This document shows, piece after piece, positions 29,880 through 40,127 of a stretch of 64,000 nucleotides of DNA (position 1 is its first letter; each line of letters opens with the position of its first letter). The notes under the pieces were generated by a model that made no database searches, was not told the DNA's origin, and saw nothing but the letters and a program-made list of their open reading frames with translations. The translations under genes were made by a program, and so were the position numbers. Source of the stretch: Bacteroidales bacterium (lineage in GTDB: Bacteria > Bacteroidota > Bacteroidia > Bacteroidales > UBA932); NCBI GenBank assembly GCA_030695025.1, contig JAUYTX010000009.1:28081-92080 (forward strand). The letters run 5' to 3'.

Positions 29880-31169
29880 ATGGAAAGCAACAGAGGAAAT
29901 CGGGTGGCATTTATGACGCTCGGATGTAAACTGAATTATTCTGAAACATCTTCAATTGCAAGACAATTTGTTGAGCATGGCTACAATAAAGTAAAGCCAG
30001 GTGAGACAGCGGATGTTTATGTAATAAACACATGTTCAGTTACCGAACATGCTGATAAAAAGTGTCGTACTGCAATAAGAAAAATGCATAAACTGAATCC
30101 GAATGCAATTATTGCAGTAACAGGGTGTTATGCCCAGCTGAATCCACAGGAAATCTTATCCATTGAGGGTGTCGATCTTGTTCTTGGAGCCGACGAAAAA
30201 TCAAATCTTTTTGTGAGGGTTTCCGGACTTAAGAAAGATGAAGATTCAAAGGGGGTTGTTCACTCAGCTTCACGAGCATATTCTTGCGCAATTTCAGAGG
30301 TAGAAACAATCTTCCCGGCCTATTCATCTGATGACAGAACTCGTTCATTTTTAAAAGTACAGGATGGTTGTGATTACCATTGCTCTTACTGCACTATCCC
30401 ATTGGCAAGAGGTAAAAGCAGAAATCACTCAATAGAGTTCATTTTAAAAGAGGCAGGAGACATTGTTTCAAGAGGCATCAAAGAGGTGGTTTTAACGGGT
30501 GTTAATACGGGTGATTTTGGGAAAAGCACAGGCGAGAGGTTCGAAGATCTTCTCAGAGCTCTTGACGGGGTTGAAGGACTTAAAAGAATAAGAATTTCAT
30601 CTATAGAACCCAATCTTCTGTCAGAAGAGATTTTAAAATTTATTTCAAAAAGTAAAAAATTCCTTCCACATTTCCATATCCCCCTTCAGTCCGGATCTAA
30701 TAAAATTTTGGCTGCCATGAAGCGTCGGTACAACAGAGAGCTGTTTTTGGAGAAGATATTGTTAATCAGGAGATATATGCCATTTGCCTTTATTGGAGTT
30801 GATGTGATTGTTGGTTTTCCGGGAGAAACGTCCGAAGATTTTGAAGACACATTCGAATTTCTTGAGAGCGTCTATCCCTCTTTTCTTCATGTGTTTCCAT
30901 ATTCCAGAAGAGCCAATACTCCCGCTGCCGAATATTCCGGTCAGGTAAGAGAAAGGGATAAGAGTGATAGAGTTGAGAGACTAACCAAACTATCTGATAA
31001 GCTCTATTTCGAATTTAAAAAGATGAATATTGGAAGAAAAGAGGAGGTTCTGTACGAAAGTACTCAAAAAGGGGGCATGATGTATGGGTATACCAGAAAC
31101 TACATAAAGGTAGAGAGGGAATATGATATGAATCTTATAGGAGAGATTACCGAAGTTGTAATAGGCTGA
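29880..31169 (+). CDS. mtaB: tRNA N6-threonylcarbamoyladenosine(37) methylthiotransferase MtaB
   Basis: TLGCKLNYSET, INTCSVT, LKVQDGCDYHCSYCTIP, ISSIEP and LQSGS motifs. Confidence 0.93.
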   Translation: MESNRGNRVAFMTLGCKLNYSETSSIARQFVEHGYNKVKPGETADVYVINTCSVTEHADKKCRTAIRKMHKLNPNAIIAVTGCYAQLNPQEILSIEGVDLVLGADEKSNLFVRVSGLKKDEDSKGVVHSASRAYSCAISEVETIFPAYSSDDRTRSFLKVQDGCDYHCSYCTIPLARGKSRNHSIEFILKEAGDIVSRGIKEVVLTGVNTGDFGKSTGERFEDLLRALDGVEGLKRIRISSIEPNLLSEEILKFISKSKKFLPHFHIPLQSGSNKILAAMKRRYNRELFLEKILLIRRYMPFAFIGVDVIVGFPGETSEDFEDTFEFLESVYPSFLHVFPYSRRANTPAAEYSGQVRERDKSDRVERLTKLSDKLYFEFKKMNIGRKEEVLYESTQKGGMMYGYTRNYIKVEREYDMNLIGEITEVVIG

Positions 31170-34100
31170 CAGAGTCGCTCTCCTCAGGAAAATCCTGGTC
31201 CTCTTTTATTGCAGGGGAGTTGTCAGGGAGAGTAGTCTCCCTTTTTTTCTTTCCTGAAAACATTCTGTTGAAGAGCTCTCTGAAAGAGCTGAACTCCTCC
31301 TGATACACAAGACCAACTCCGTTTCTCTGGCTGTTATCCAGATAGTTGGAGTATTGATCTGCAGAATGAGAAAATGCCTTTGCCCTGAATCTACCCTTAT
31401 CGTCCAGTTTAATCTCAACATCCAGATCGCCTACAACCTCCCCGGCTTTATTCATGTATTTCGAGCTTCCAATATTTCCGTTCAGTATTACCCGATTGTT
31501 AAAGAGTTGAGCTGAAACGGCAGCATCGAACATATTTCTTCCGTTCTGCCCGGGCTGATAGTTAAAACTTAGGTCAAGTGGTATATCTAGCTGGTTGAAT
31601 ATTTTATTGATCTGGTTTGATAAGACTTCAGTTGCATTTGAGTAAAGTATTGTAGAGTTATTTACTATACTGGACTGAACATCAGGTATGAAACTTCCTG
31701 AAATCAGCAAAGACATTACCTGCTTAACAACCTTATCGTCTGTGTTGAGGGCTGCATTAACTCTTGATTTTGTAACAGGATCAATATCAGGGATATCTAT
31801 GGCAAATTTCAAATTTGGATTCATTAAATTACCACTCATATTAATCTGGCAATCAACGGTTCTTCTGTTTGATACCGAACTTGTGTCAGCAATTAGGGTG
31901 TTTATGGATGCTTTAGTTCTGTAATTTGCAGTAATATTTAGATTTGTCCGATCTATATTACCGTTGAATCCAATGTTTCCCCCCTCCTGAATGGTGAAAT
32001 CCCTCTCAAAAATTCCCTGGAGCACAAATTTATAAAATCCACTATGGATAATATAATCTCCCTGCATATTGAAAATATCTTTTGAAGGGTTGATGTCAAG
32101 TGTGATTAATCCGCTGCCGTAACCGGTAATTACATCTCCCACTGTCTTATCAATCTCAATCAACATTGCAGCATCAGGAGTCATATTTGCCCTTAATTTT
32201 ACATGTAGTTCAGTACCAGACTTTAGCTTTGCATTAACACTGTTTGTGGGGTCGTTGCTGTACAACTCAGCTGCAGGCTGAATAAATGTAAGAAGATTGT
32301 TACTGGATACCTCTGTTGCAGAGGATAAAGGTATGTGTATAGAGGTGTTCCTGTTGGTTGTAACATTAATGTCCATTAAAATTTTGTCAAGGGGACCACT
32401 TATGCTTAATCTTCCTGTTCCAAATGCCGTACCGTAGAACGAGGAGTTATCCTCCTCTCTTGTATTCAGTGCCTCAAGATTGGTAAAGGTAACAGTTGTA
32501 CTGAGCCTAAGGTCTCTGAAGTGCCTGTACTGCAATCCGCCGTTTACTCTTCCGCTGTTACCAGCCCTGTCTCGTATAATGGCATTATTGAGATACAAAC
32601 CTGTTTCAGTCAGATTAACCGGACCATTCAGGGTGTAAAAAACATTGGTAAAATCAACTTTAAAAGCGAGATTGTTAAGCATAACATTTCTGCCTGTAAG
32701 GTTCAGCTTGTCTGTTTTGCCTGATAGTACAAGGTTTCCTGTAACACCACCCGCAGTTTCTGAAACTATGCCTTTAAGAAACGATTCAAAGTATTTTGGT
32801 TGCAAGTTGTTGAGATTTGCATTTATACTTAGAAAATTATCAGAAGGGTTATAGAATCCGGTAGCCTTTAAAGGGATACTGTCATTTAATCTGTTAAGTA
32901 GACTCAACTTAAAACTGCTTTCAGAATTATCCCACTCACTGTTTATTTCCAGGTTTCCAAAGTAATGGTGATTAAGGCTTACACTATCTCCTTTTATGTC
33001 AAATAAAATCTTTGGATTATTGTGCATATTCACTGCTATGGCATTCCCGTTAAACACACCCTGCAAATGAATAGGGAGGTTTAGAAGTGAATTGAAAGGG
33101 GTTATATCCAAATTTTTAATAATTACCGAAAGAGTGTCGTATGGATTCCGGGATATCATACCGTCAACATTAAGCAGCTGATTTTCCCTGCTTAAATTAA
33201 AGTCGTGAAATACATAGGTGCTGTCCTGAAAAACTATTTTCGATTTACCTATGGCCCAATTGACACCGTTCAGATATATCTCAGAGGGGTTAATCGAAAG
33301 GTCCATAATTGCAGGATTTCCCTCTCCCATTGATGTGAACAGTACTTCTGATGTGAAGTCCAATCTGTTCTCGAGGTCCCCGGAATTTGTATATTCACTC
33401 TTTACGCTAAAAAGATTATCCTTCAGCCCCAAAAAAACTTTGCTGCTGTCGAGGTTCAACCCACCAATATGAATCCTGTCAGATTCAATCTGAGCTGTTA
33501 CAGATTCGGAATTGCCTTGTATATTGAGGTTTATTTTATCTCCGTAAATCTTATTATATCCCAGTTTATCGCTTTTCAGAAAGAGTTTAATATTATCTTT
33601 CGCATCAATGGTTACCTTAACTGATGTCTTACTGGCAATCTGTAAACCCGGTAATATTAATTGAGCAATTGAGCGCGTATCGTTAAAATCTATGTTAAAA
33701 GAGTAGTTTTTGCCTTTTACACGAGGCCCATCACCCATCAGATTAGGAAAAACCGCCGGTAGATTGTCCGCAAGGGTAACATTGAAAAATTTGTTGATAA
33801 AATTAGTGAAGAAATCTGTGCCTTTATATGTGGCAGTGGCAAAAGATGATTTCAGGTAAATTGAAAAATTATCCTGTGCCGAACTTGACTGTATGTTAAT
33901 ATCTCCAATAGGAAAAGCACCTTTGCTGTTTCTAAAATTAAGATTCCTTATATTAATTGTACCTTCAATATCTCCTTTTCTATCCTGAGTGAAATTTGCG
34001 AGAGTCCTTAATGATACACTTGATACACTATCTCTCTTGTCAAAGTTAAGTGCAGCCAGATCGGCATAAATAATATCGGCATAAAAGTCATAATATGAAT

Positions 34101-35667
34101 TTCTTCCGGTTGACATTCCGATGATTCCCTGGAACAGAAAATCCAGATTAGGGTCTCTGCAAATAACCTTTCCATCAAATGTATTGTTTGTGTAACTTCC
34201 AACTGCTGTAATATTACTGTAAGGGTAACCATTAAAATGCAATTTTTGGATAAACATACTGTCAATCAGAAATCTGCTACCTCCTAAGTTTTCATCTCTT
34301 AAAAGGGCACTTACATGAGTATTAAGCGTTAATTCACCAATTGTGCTATTTTTGATAAGTGAACCAACATTAAAATTCTGAGTTCTGAGATTGCCAAGAA
34401 GATCAAGTCCTTTCTCTTTAAAATTGTTTCTAAGGAGAACATCTACATACAGTTGACCGATATTGGTATTCAAATGCCCATTGGCTACAAAATCATCAAG
34501 CAACCCGGCAAGTCTTCCTTTGAAATTGTATCTGACAAGTGGCGAAAGCTGTGTCAGCAACTTCATTGGCTTTGTGCTGTTGAGAGAAGAAATTATATAA
34601 GCAAGGTCAGTTGTTGTGGTTACACTGTTGTTTATGTCAACAAAAGCCATTGTAACATCCGGATTGGGCAATCCGGAAATTCTGGCGTTAAGATCGACAT
34701 AGGTTAGCCCCGATTCGGAGGTTATTTTGAGGTTTTGAGTGCGGATATTTGAGATCGATCCACTTATATTACCAGTGATGTATAGTTTAAGAATGTTTGA
34801 TTTCAGAGAGGGGGCAAACTTCGATATAGTACGAAAGTTTAAAAGAGAATTTTCAAAATGTACATCAATTACCACTTTGTTCACAAAATCATTAAAATCA
34901 GCGAGAGAATCATAGCTGAAACTCAGATGTTCCCCTTTTAAAAAAGATAAGCCGTCGTTGATTATAATATTCTGAATGTTGATTTTATGAGGCTCTAAAG
35001 TCAGATTGCCTTCAAGTTTTTCTGTTCTGAAGCCGCTTTTATCTTCAAAGGATATATTTTTTATCTCAGCTTTTAAAATATCACCCATGTAGGAGATATT
35101 GCGTAAGTTGAAATTTATTTTACTTAAAGAGAGGTCTTTGAAGTTAATGGATGTGCTGTCTCTTAGTCCATCTTGTGAAAATGGGTTGCTAAGTGTAAAT
35201 CGGAAGTTGTCAATAATTAGCTCTCTTGCGAATATATTGGCTAACTTTTTGGTTGTGTCTCTTTTTTCCGATTTGGGGATCAGTGACAAAATTCTGGAGA
35301 GATTGGTAGTGGAATCTGTTTCGTTTACAATTTTTATCACCCCATCGTAGAGGTGAAGATGGTTTAATCTGATCTTATTTCTTAGCAGATCTCCTGCTGA
35401 AAATCTGACAGATAGCTTTTTGCAACCAAAAAGTGTGTCAGTATCATTATACTTTATAAGGATATCATTAGCTATCAAACGATTGAAAAACACGTAATAT
35501 ACCCTGCCAATAGATACCTCTGTGTTGAGTCTCCCTGAAAGGTTCTTTGCTGCTTTGTTGGCGGCAAAAGTCTGCAGAGCAGGTATCTGTAAAGCAAGGT
35601 AGGCTCCCAATGGCACTAAAGCGATAATAAAAAGGAGCGCAACAGCTATTTTTCTGAATGTTTTGAT
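31147..35667 (-). CDS. tamB: translocation and assembly module TamB-like protein (start probably upstream of the ORF-track GTG at 35616)
   Basis: About 1500 aa of repetitive beta-strand sequence; C-terminal DDKVVKQVMSLL, FNNRVILNGN and GRFRAKAFS region typical of Bacteroidota TamB. The frame stays open to TAA at 35698-35700 and encodes a hydrophobic anchor upstream of 35616. The start coordinate is inferred. Confidence 0.8.
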   Translation of the reverse strand: MKTFRKIAVALLFIIALVPLGAYLALQIPALQTFAANKAAKNLSGRLNTEVSIGRVYYVFFNRLIANDILIKYNDTDTLFGCKKLSVRFSAGDLLRNKIRLNHLHLYDGVIKIVNETDSTTNLSRILSLIPKSEKRDTTKKLANIFARELIIDNFRFTLSNPFSQDGLRDSTSINFKDLSLSKINFNLRNISYMGDILKAEIKNISFEDKSGFRTEKLEGNLTLEPHKINIQNIIINDGLSFLKGEHLSFSYDSLADFNDFVNKVVIDVHFENSLLNFRTISKFAPSLKSNILKLYITGNISGSISNIRTQNLKITSESGLTYVDLNARISGLPNPDVTMAFVDINNSVTTTTDLAYIISSLNSTKPMKLLTQLSPLVRYNFKGRLAGLLDDFVANGHLNTNIGQLYVDVLLRNNFKEKGLDLLGNLRTQNFNVGSLIKNSTIGELTLNTHVSALLRDENLGGSRFLIDSMFIQKLHFNGYPYSNITAVGSYTNNTFDGKVICRDPNLDFLFQGIIGMSTGRNSYYDFYADIIYADLAALNFDKRDSVSSVSLRTLANFTQDRKGDIEGTINIRNLNFRNSKGAFPIGDINIQSSSAQDNFSIYLKSSFATATYKGTDFFTNFINKFFNVTLADNLPAVFPNLMGDGPRVKGKNYSFNIDFNDTRSIAQLILPGLQIASKTSVKVTIDAKDNIKLFLKSDKLGYNKIYGDKINLNIQGNSESVTAQIESDRIHIGGLNLDSSKVFLGLKDNLFSVKSEYTNSGDLENRLDFTSEVLFTSMGEGNPAIMDLSINPSEIYLNGVNWAIGKSKIVFQDSTYVFHDFNLSRENQLLNVDGMISRNPYDTLSVIIKNLDITPFNSLLNLPIHLQGVFNGNAIAVNMHNNPKILFDIKGDSVSLNHHYFGNLEINSEWDNSESSFKLSLLNRLNDSIPLKATGFYNPSDNFLSINANLNNLQPKYFESFLKGIVSETAGGVTGNLVLSGKTDKLNLTGRNVMLNNLAFKVDFTNVFYTLNGPVNLTETGLYLNNAIIRDRAGNSGRVNGGLQYRHFRDLRLSTTVTFTNLEALNTREEDNSSFYGTAFGTGRLSISGPLDKILMDINVTTNRNTSIHIPLSSATEVSSNNLLTFIQPAAELYSNDPTNSVNAKLKSGTELHVKLRANMTPDAAMLIEIDKTVGDVITGYGSGLITLDINPSKDIFNMQGDYIIHSGFYKFVLQGIFERDFTIQEGGNIGFNGNIDRTNLNITANYRTKASINTLIADTSSVSNRRTVDCQINMSGNLMNPNLKFAIDIPDIDPVTKSRVNAALNTDDKVVKQVMSLLISGSFIPDVQSSIVNNSTILYSNATEVLSNQINKIFNQLDIPLDLSFNYQPGQNGRNMFDAAVSAQLFNNRVILNGNIGSSKYMNKAGEVVGDLDVEIKLDDKGRFRAKAFSHSADQYSNYLDNSQRNGVGLVYQEEFSSFRELFNRMFSGKKKRETTLPDNSPAIKEDQDFPEESDSVSLLQLR
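31225..31248 (+). terminator. probable intrinsic terminator for mtaB, lying inside the 3' end of tamB on the opposite strand
   Basis: AGGGAGA-GTAG-TCTCCCT stem-loop followed by a T6 tract. Confidence 0.6.
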
Positions 35668-35751
35668 ATAATTAATTTTGGAACAAAAATAATCATTTTA
35701 ATAGAGCGAATTGTTAAAAAAAAACCAATTTTGCGAAATATTTAAAAGTTA

Positions 35752-36777
35752 ATGAGTATTACTATACTAGCAATAGAGTCATCATGTGACGATACCTCCG
35801 CAGCGGTTGTAAAAGACGGCGTGGTATTGTCAAATGAAATGGCAACTCAGGATATTCACCAAAAATATGGAGGTGTTATACCTGAACTTGCATCAAGAGC
35901 TCATCAGCAGAACATTGTTCCTGTTGTCCACGCAGCTTTAAAGGGTGCCTCAATCACTAAAGAGCAAATAGATGCTGTCGCATTTACAAGAGGACCTGGC
36001 CTTTTAGGCTCACTTCTTGTTGGAACATCGTTTGCAAAAGGTTTTGCCATGGCTATCGGAAAGCCATTAATTGATGTTAATCATCTCCAGGGTCACCTTC
36101 TGTCTCATTTTATTAAAGAGAGCGATTCTGACAAAGATCATCCTGAATTCCCTTACTTAACCCTGCTTGTGTCGGGAGGTCATACTCAAATAGTAAGAGT
36201 GGAGAATTTTCTTGAATTTGAGGTAATTGGAGAGACAATTGATGACGCAGTAGGGGAGGCTTTTGATAAATGTGCCAAACTGCTTAACCTTGGCTATCCC
36301 GGTGGACCTGTTGTAGACAAACTTGCTTTATCCGGTGATTCTATGAAATTTAGGTTTTCAAAACCTAGAATTGCAGGACTGAACTACAGTTTCAGCGGAA
36401 TTAAGACCTCTTTGCTCTATTTTTTGCGTGACAGAATTAAAGAGAATGAGAAATTCATAGATGAAAATATTAATGACATCTGTGCCTCCTATCAAAGGCA
36501 TCTTGTTGATATTCTAATGGAAAAACTGATTAAGGCAGCCAACGAGGAAAATATCAAAGATGTAGCATTGTCAGGAGGTGTCTCTGCCAATTCTCTACTC
36601 AGAAAAAGGATCTTTGATGAGGGTTTGAAGAGGGGTTGGAAAACCTTTATTCCGGAGATAAAATATACAACCGACAATGCTGCTATGATTGCAATAGCAG
36701 GGTATTATAAATTTGTATCCGGTTACAGAGCCCCTTTTGATATTGTCCCTGTTTCCAGATCTACAGATTATAGGTAA
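35752..36777 (+). CDS. tsaD: tRNA threonylcarbamoyltransferase TsaD
   Basis: IESSCDDTSAA, GGVIPELASRAH, HLQGH, VSGGHT, GEAFDK and TDNAAMIA motifs. Confidence 0.96.
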   Translation: MSITILAIESSCDDTSAAVVKDGVVLSNEMATQDIHQKYGGVIPELASRAHQQNIVPVVHAALKGASITKEQIDAVAFTRGPGLLGSLLVGTSFAKGFAMAIGKPLIDVNHLQGHLLSHFIKESDSDKDHPEFPYLTLLVSGGHTQIVRVENFLEFEVIGETIDDAVGEAFDKCAKLLNLGYPGGPVVDKLALSGDSMKFRFSKPRIAGLNYSFSGIKTSLLYFLRDRIKENEKFIDENINDICASYQRHLVDILMEKLIKAANEENIKDVALSGGVSANSLLRKRIFDEGLKRGWKTFIPEIKYTTDNAAMIAIAGYYKFVSGYRAPFDIVPVSRSTDYR

Positions 36778-36906
36778 CAAAATAATGCAAATTCGGCAAA
36801 ATAAACTGCTATTTGTACGTTATACCTATTTGAAAATTCAAAATTCAAATTATCTTTGTGCACGCAAACACAATTTGTACTTAATTATTAACTTAAAATT
36901 TATTAC

Positions 36907-39900
36907 ATGAAAAAATTCAGCCTTGTAATTGCAGCTCTGCTGTTTGTAGCTGGTAATGTGCTATTTGCACAAAACATACGAATAACAGGAACTGTGACTG
37001 AATTGGGAACGGGAGCTCCGCTTCCATTCGTGAGTATCCAGGTCAAAGGAACTACTGCCGGGACAACAACATTGGACAATGGATCCTTTGTTTTAAACGC
37101 TCCTGCCGGAGGTACCCTGATTTTTAGCTTTATTGGCTACAAAACAGTTGAGGTTTCTATTGACAACAGAAACGTTATTAATGTTCGACTGGAGACAGAC
37201 GCCGTTGCTCTGGAAGAGGTGGTGATGGTAGCTTATGGCACAGCAAAAAAATCCAGTGTTACAGGATCAATAACATCGGTCAGTGCAGCAAATATCGAAA
37301 AGAGACCTGTTACCAATGCTCTTGCAGCTCTTGCAGGTGCAGCTCCGGGTGTTCAGGTAAACACCTCTTATGGTCAGCCTGGTGCCGACCCTACAATCCG
37401 TATTCGCGGATTTGGTTCAATTAACTATTCGTCTTCTCCTCTGATTGTACTTGACGGCTCTCCTTACAATGGTGCGATGGCTAACATCAACCCATCTGAC
37501 ATTGAGTCAATCAGTATTTTGAAGGATGCTGCCTCTACTGCACTTTTTGGATCTAGGGGTTCAAACGGTGTGGTTATGATTACTACAAAAAAAGGTAAAA
37601 GAGAAAAATTAAACATCACTGCTAACGTTACTCAAGGTTTCTCTGTCAGAGGACTTCCTGAATACGATAGAATTGATGCTTTTGACTACTATCCTGTTAT
37701 GTGGGAATCACTTAGAAACAGTTTGATTACAACAGCCAGACCAATAGATCAGGCAAGTATTCTTGCATCTGGTGCAACAGCTAACGGCATTGTTACAAAT
37801 CTTGGTTACAACCCTTTCAGAGGTATTGCAAATGACAAAGTTGTTGGGATTGACGGAAAACTTAATCCTGCAGCAACCTCTCTACTTTGGGGCGACGACC
37901 TTGACTGGTACTCACCTGTTGAAAGACTTGGCCAGAGAACTGAGGCTATGGTGTCGGCCAGTGGTGGAACAGAGAACTCTGACTACTACATGTCAGTTGG
38001 TTATACGACTGACAACGGTTGGTTAAGAAAAACTAATTATGATCGTATTTCAGCAAGAGCAAACCTGAATTTCACTCCTAAAAAGTGGATTACTTTTGGT
38101 GTTAACTTAAACACCTCTTATAATACCTCTTCTTCGGCAAATACAGAAAGCAATACAGGTTATGCTAACCCAATCTACTTTGCAAGAACAATGGGTCCAA
38201 TCTATCCAGTATATCAGCACAGTCGCGTAAATGGTGACTATATTACTGATGGACAGGGCAATAAATTATGGGATTTAGGTGCTCAGGTTGTTGAAGGTGG
38301 AGTAACTTATGGTGCCAGAACACAGAACAATGGTCGCCACGGTATAGCAGAGCACATGCTCAACATAAGAGATTTCCAGAGAAACACGATTCAGTCAAGA
38401 GCATTTGCAGAATTTACATTTTTGAAAGATTTCAAATTTAGATTACAGCACTCTTTTGATATCAACAATTTTCTGAATTCAACTTATGAAAATACTTTGG
38501 TTGGAGACGGCGCTCCTCAGGGACGTTCAAGAAAAGAGCATTCATTAAGATATACATGGACAACTGTTCAGATGTTAACATATGACAAGACAGTTGGAAA
38601 ACACGAGATTAATGTAATGGCAGCTCATGAAAATTATAAAAATGACTACCAGTATCTTTATGGCTTCCGTCAAGGTGAAATAATCCCGGGCAACACCGAG
38701 TTGATAAACTTCACTACAACAAATAGTTTGTATTCATACCTTGACAGACATACTGTAGAGGGCTTTCTTGCAAGAGGAACTTACTCATATGACAATGGAA
38801 AATACACAGCCGAAGGTTCGTTCAGAAGAGATGGTTCTTCGAAGTTTTCAAGCGATGTAAGATGGGGCAACTTCTGGTCAATAGGTGGAGGTTGGAGAAT
38901 TGATAAAGAGTCATTTATGAGCGGACAAAACTGGGCGGACTTTTTGAAGCTAAGAGCTTCATACGGTCTTAACGGTAATGATGGTGGTATCAGCTACTAT
39001 GCATGGCAGGTTCTTTACAGCTACAGAAATAATGCGGCTGAACCTGGTTACATTCAGGACACAGCTCCTGGTAATCCGGCTCTAAAATGGGAGACCTCTG
39101 TACAAACTGATATTGGATTGGATTTCACTCTTTTCAGCAATAAGTTAAGAGGTAGTGTTGACTGGTTCAATAAAGAGTCAAAAGATTTGATCTTCTCACT
39201 TCCGCTTGCGCCATCAACCGGTTATGTGTCACAGGACAGAAACATCGGTGCAGTTTACAATCGCGGATGGGAACTTGACCTGACAGCTGGTATTGTTAAC
39301 ACAAAGAACTTCAGTTTTAGTCTTAATCTTAATGCAACTACCTATACTAACAGAATTCAGTCGTTACCTGCAGAGAACCGTGAGCTTGGAATTATCTCGG
39401 GTAACTTTAAGCGTGTAGAGGGTGGTTCAATTTATGATTACTGGCTTCGTAAATGGTATGGTGTAGACCCTACAAACGGTAATGCACTTTATCTGTTCAA
39501 CGATGCAAAAGATGCAAATGGCAACTACATTACGGTATGGGCTGATGCAGATTGTAAGACTTTACCTGACGGTACACTTGTTACAAGTAGCCAGGCAAAA
39601 GCAAAATATGACTGGTCAGGAACAAGTATTCCGGATGTATTCGGTTCAATAACTCCTATCTTTAAAGTGTACGGTATTGATATATCTGTTCAGTTTAATT
39701 ATTCTATTGGCGGTAAGGCATACGATTACAACTATGCTTCACTTATGTCAACAGGAGGAATGGGTACCTCAAAACATGTTGACATTCTTGACAGATGGAC
39801 GACTGCCGGTCAGATTACAAATGTCCCTAGAATGGATAATGCTCAGACAACAAACTTCAATGCTGCATCTGACAGATGGCTTGTAAGTTCAACATTTGTC

Positions 39901-40113
39901 TCTTTGAGAAATATTAATGTTGCGTACAACTTTAAACCAAATGTATTAAAGGCCATTGATGTTAAGGCATTGAAAGTTTATGCATCTGCAGAAAACCTCG
40001 CTCTTTTCTCAGCAAGAAAAGGTCTTGATCCAACACAGAACTTCAGCGGAAGTGTTTTGAATGATGTTGGATTCAACAGAGTGGTTACCTTTGGTATTAA
40101 TGTTAACTTCTAA
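36907..40113 (+). CDS. SusC/RagA family TonB-dependent outer membrane transporter
   Basis: Signal peptide, N-terminal extension domain, LEEVVMVAYG, DIESISILKDAASTALFGSRGSNGVVMITTKKG, C-terminal F; TATCTTTG -7 element upstream. Confidence 0.96.
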   Translation: MKKFSLVIAALLFVAGNVLFAQNIRITGTVTELGTGAPLPFVSIQVKGTTAGTTTLDNGSFVLNAPAGGTLIFSFIGYKTVEVSIDNRNVINVRLETDAVALEEVVMVAYGTAKKSSVTGSITSVSAANIEKRPVTNALAALAGAAPGVQVNTSYGQPGADPTIRIRGFGSINYSSSPLIVLDGSPYNGAMANINPSDIESISILKDAASTALFGSRGSNGVVMITTKKGKREKLNITANVTQGFSVRGLPEYDRIDAFDYYPVMWESLRNSLITTARPIDQASILASGATANGIVTNLGYNPFRGIANDKVVGIDGKLNPAATSLLWGDDLDWYSPVERLGQRTEAMVSASGGTENSDYYMSVGYTTDNGWLRKTNYDRISARANLNFTPKKWITFGVNLNTSYNTSSSANTESNTGYANPIYFARTMGPIYPVYQHSRVNGDYITDGQGNKLWDLGAQVVEGGVTYGARTQNNGRHGIAEHMLNIRDFQRNTIQSRAFAEFTFLKDFKFRLQHSFDINNFLNSTYENTLVGDGAPQGRSRKEHSLRYTWTTVQMLTYDKTVGKHEINVMAAHENYKNDYQYLYGFRQGEIIPGNTELINFTTTNSLYSYLDRHTVEGFLARGTYSYDNGKYTAEGSFRRDGSSKFSSDVRWGNFWSIGGGWRIDKESFMSGQNWADFLKLRASYGLNGNDGGISYYAWQVLYSYRNNAAEPGYIQDTAPGNPALKWETSVQTDIGLDFTLFSNKLRGSVDWFNKESKDLIFSLPLAPSTGYVSQDRNIGAVYNRGWELDLTAGIVNTKNFSFSLNLNATTYTNRIQSLPAENRELGIISGNFKRVEGGSIYDYWLRKWYGVDPTNGNALYLFNDAKDANGNYITVWADADCKTLPDGTLVTSSQAKAKYDWSGTSIPDVFGSITPIFKVYGIDISVQFNYSIGGKAYDYNYASLMSTGGMGTSKHVDILDRWTTAGQITNVPRMDNAQTTNFNAASDRWLVSSTFVSLRNINVAYNFKPNVLKAIDVKALKVYASAENLALFSARKGLDPTQNFSGSVLNDVGFNRVVTFGINVNF

Positions 40114-40127
40114 ATTTAAAAACCGAT

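Noticed and set aside
35716-35724. A9 tract between the divergent tamB and tsaD promoters
   Set aside because: It could alter promoter spacing, but it is unremarkable in AT-rich intergenic DNA and both genes are housekeeping.
36778-36906. Possible invertible promoter or riboswitch upstream of susC
   Set aside because: Only short AT-rich repeats (AAATTC) and one -7 element are present. There are no flanking inverted repeats, no recognisable aptamer and no invertase nearby.
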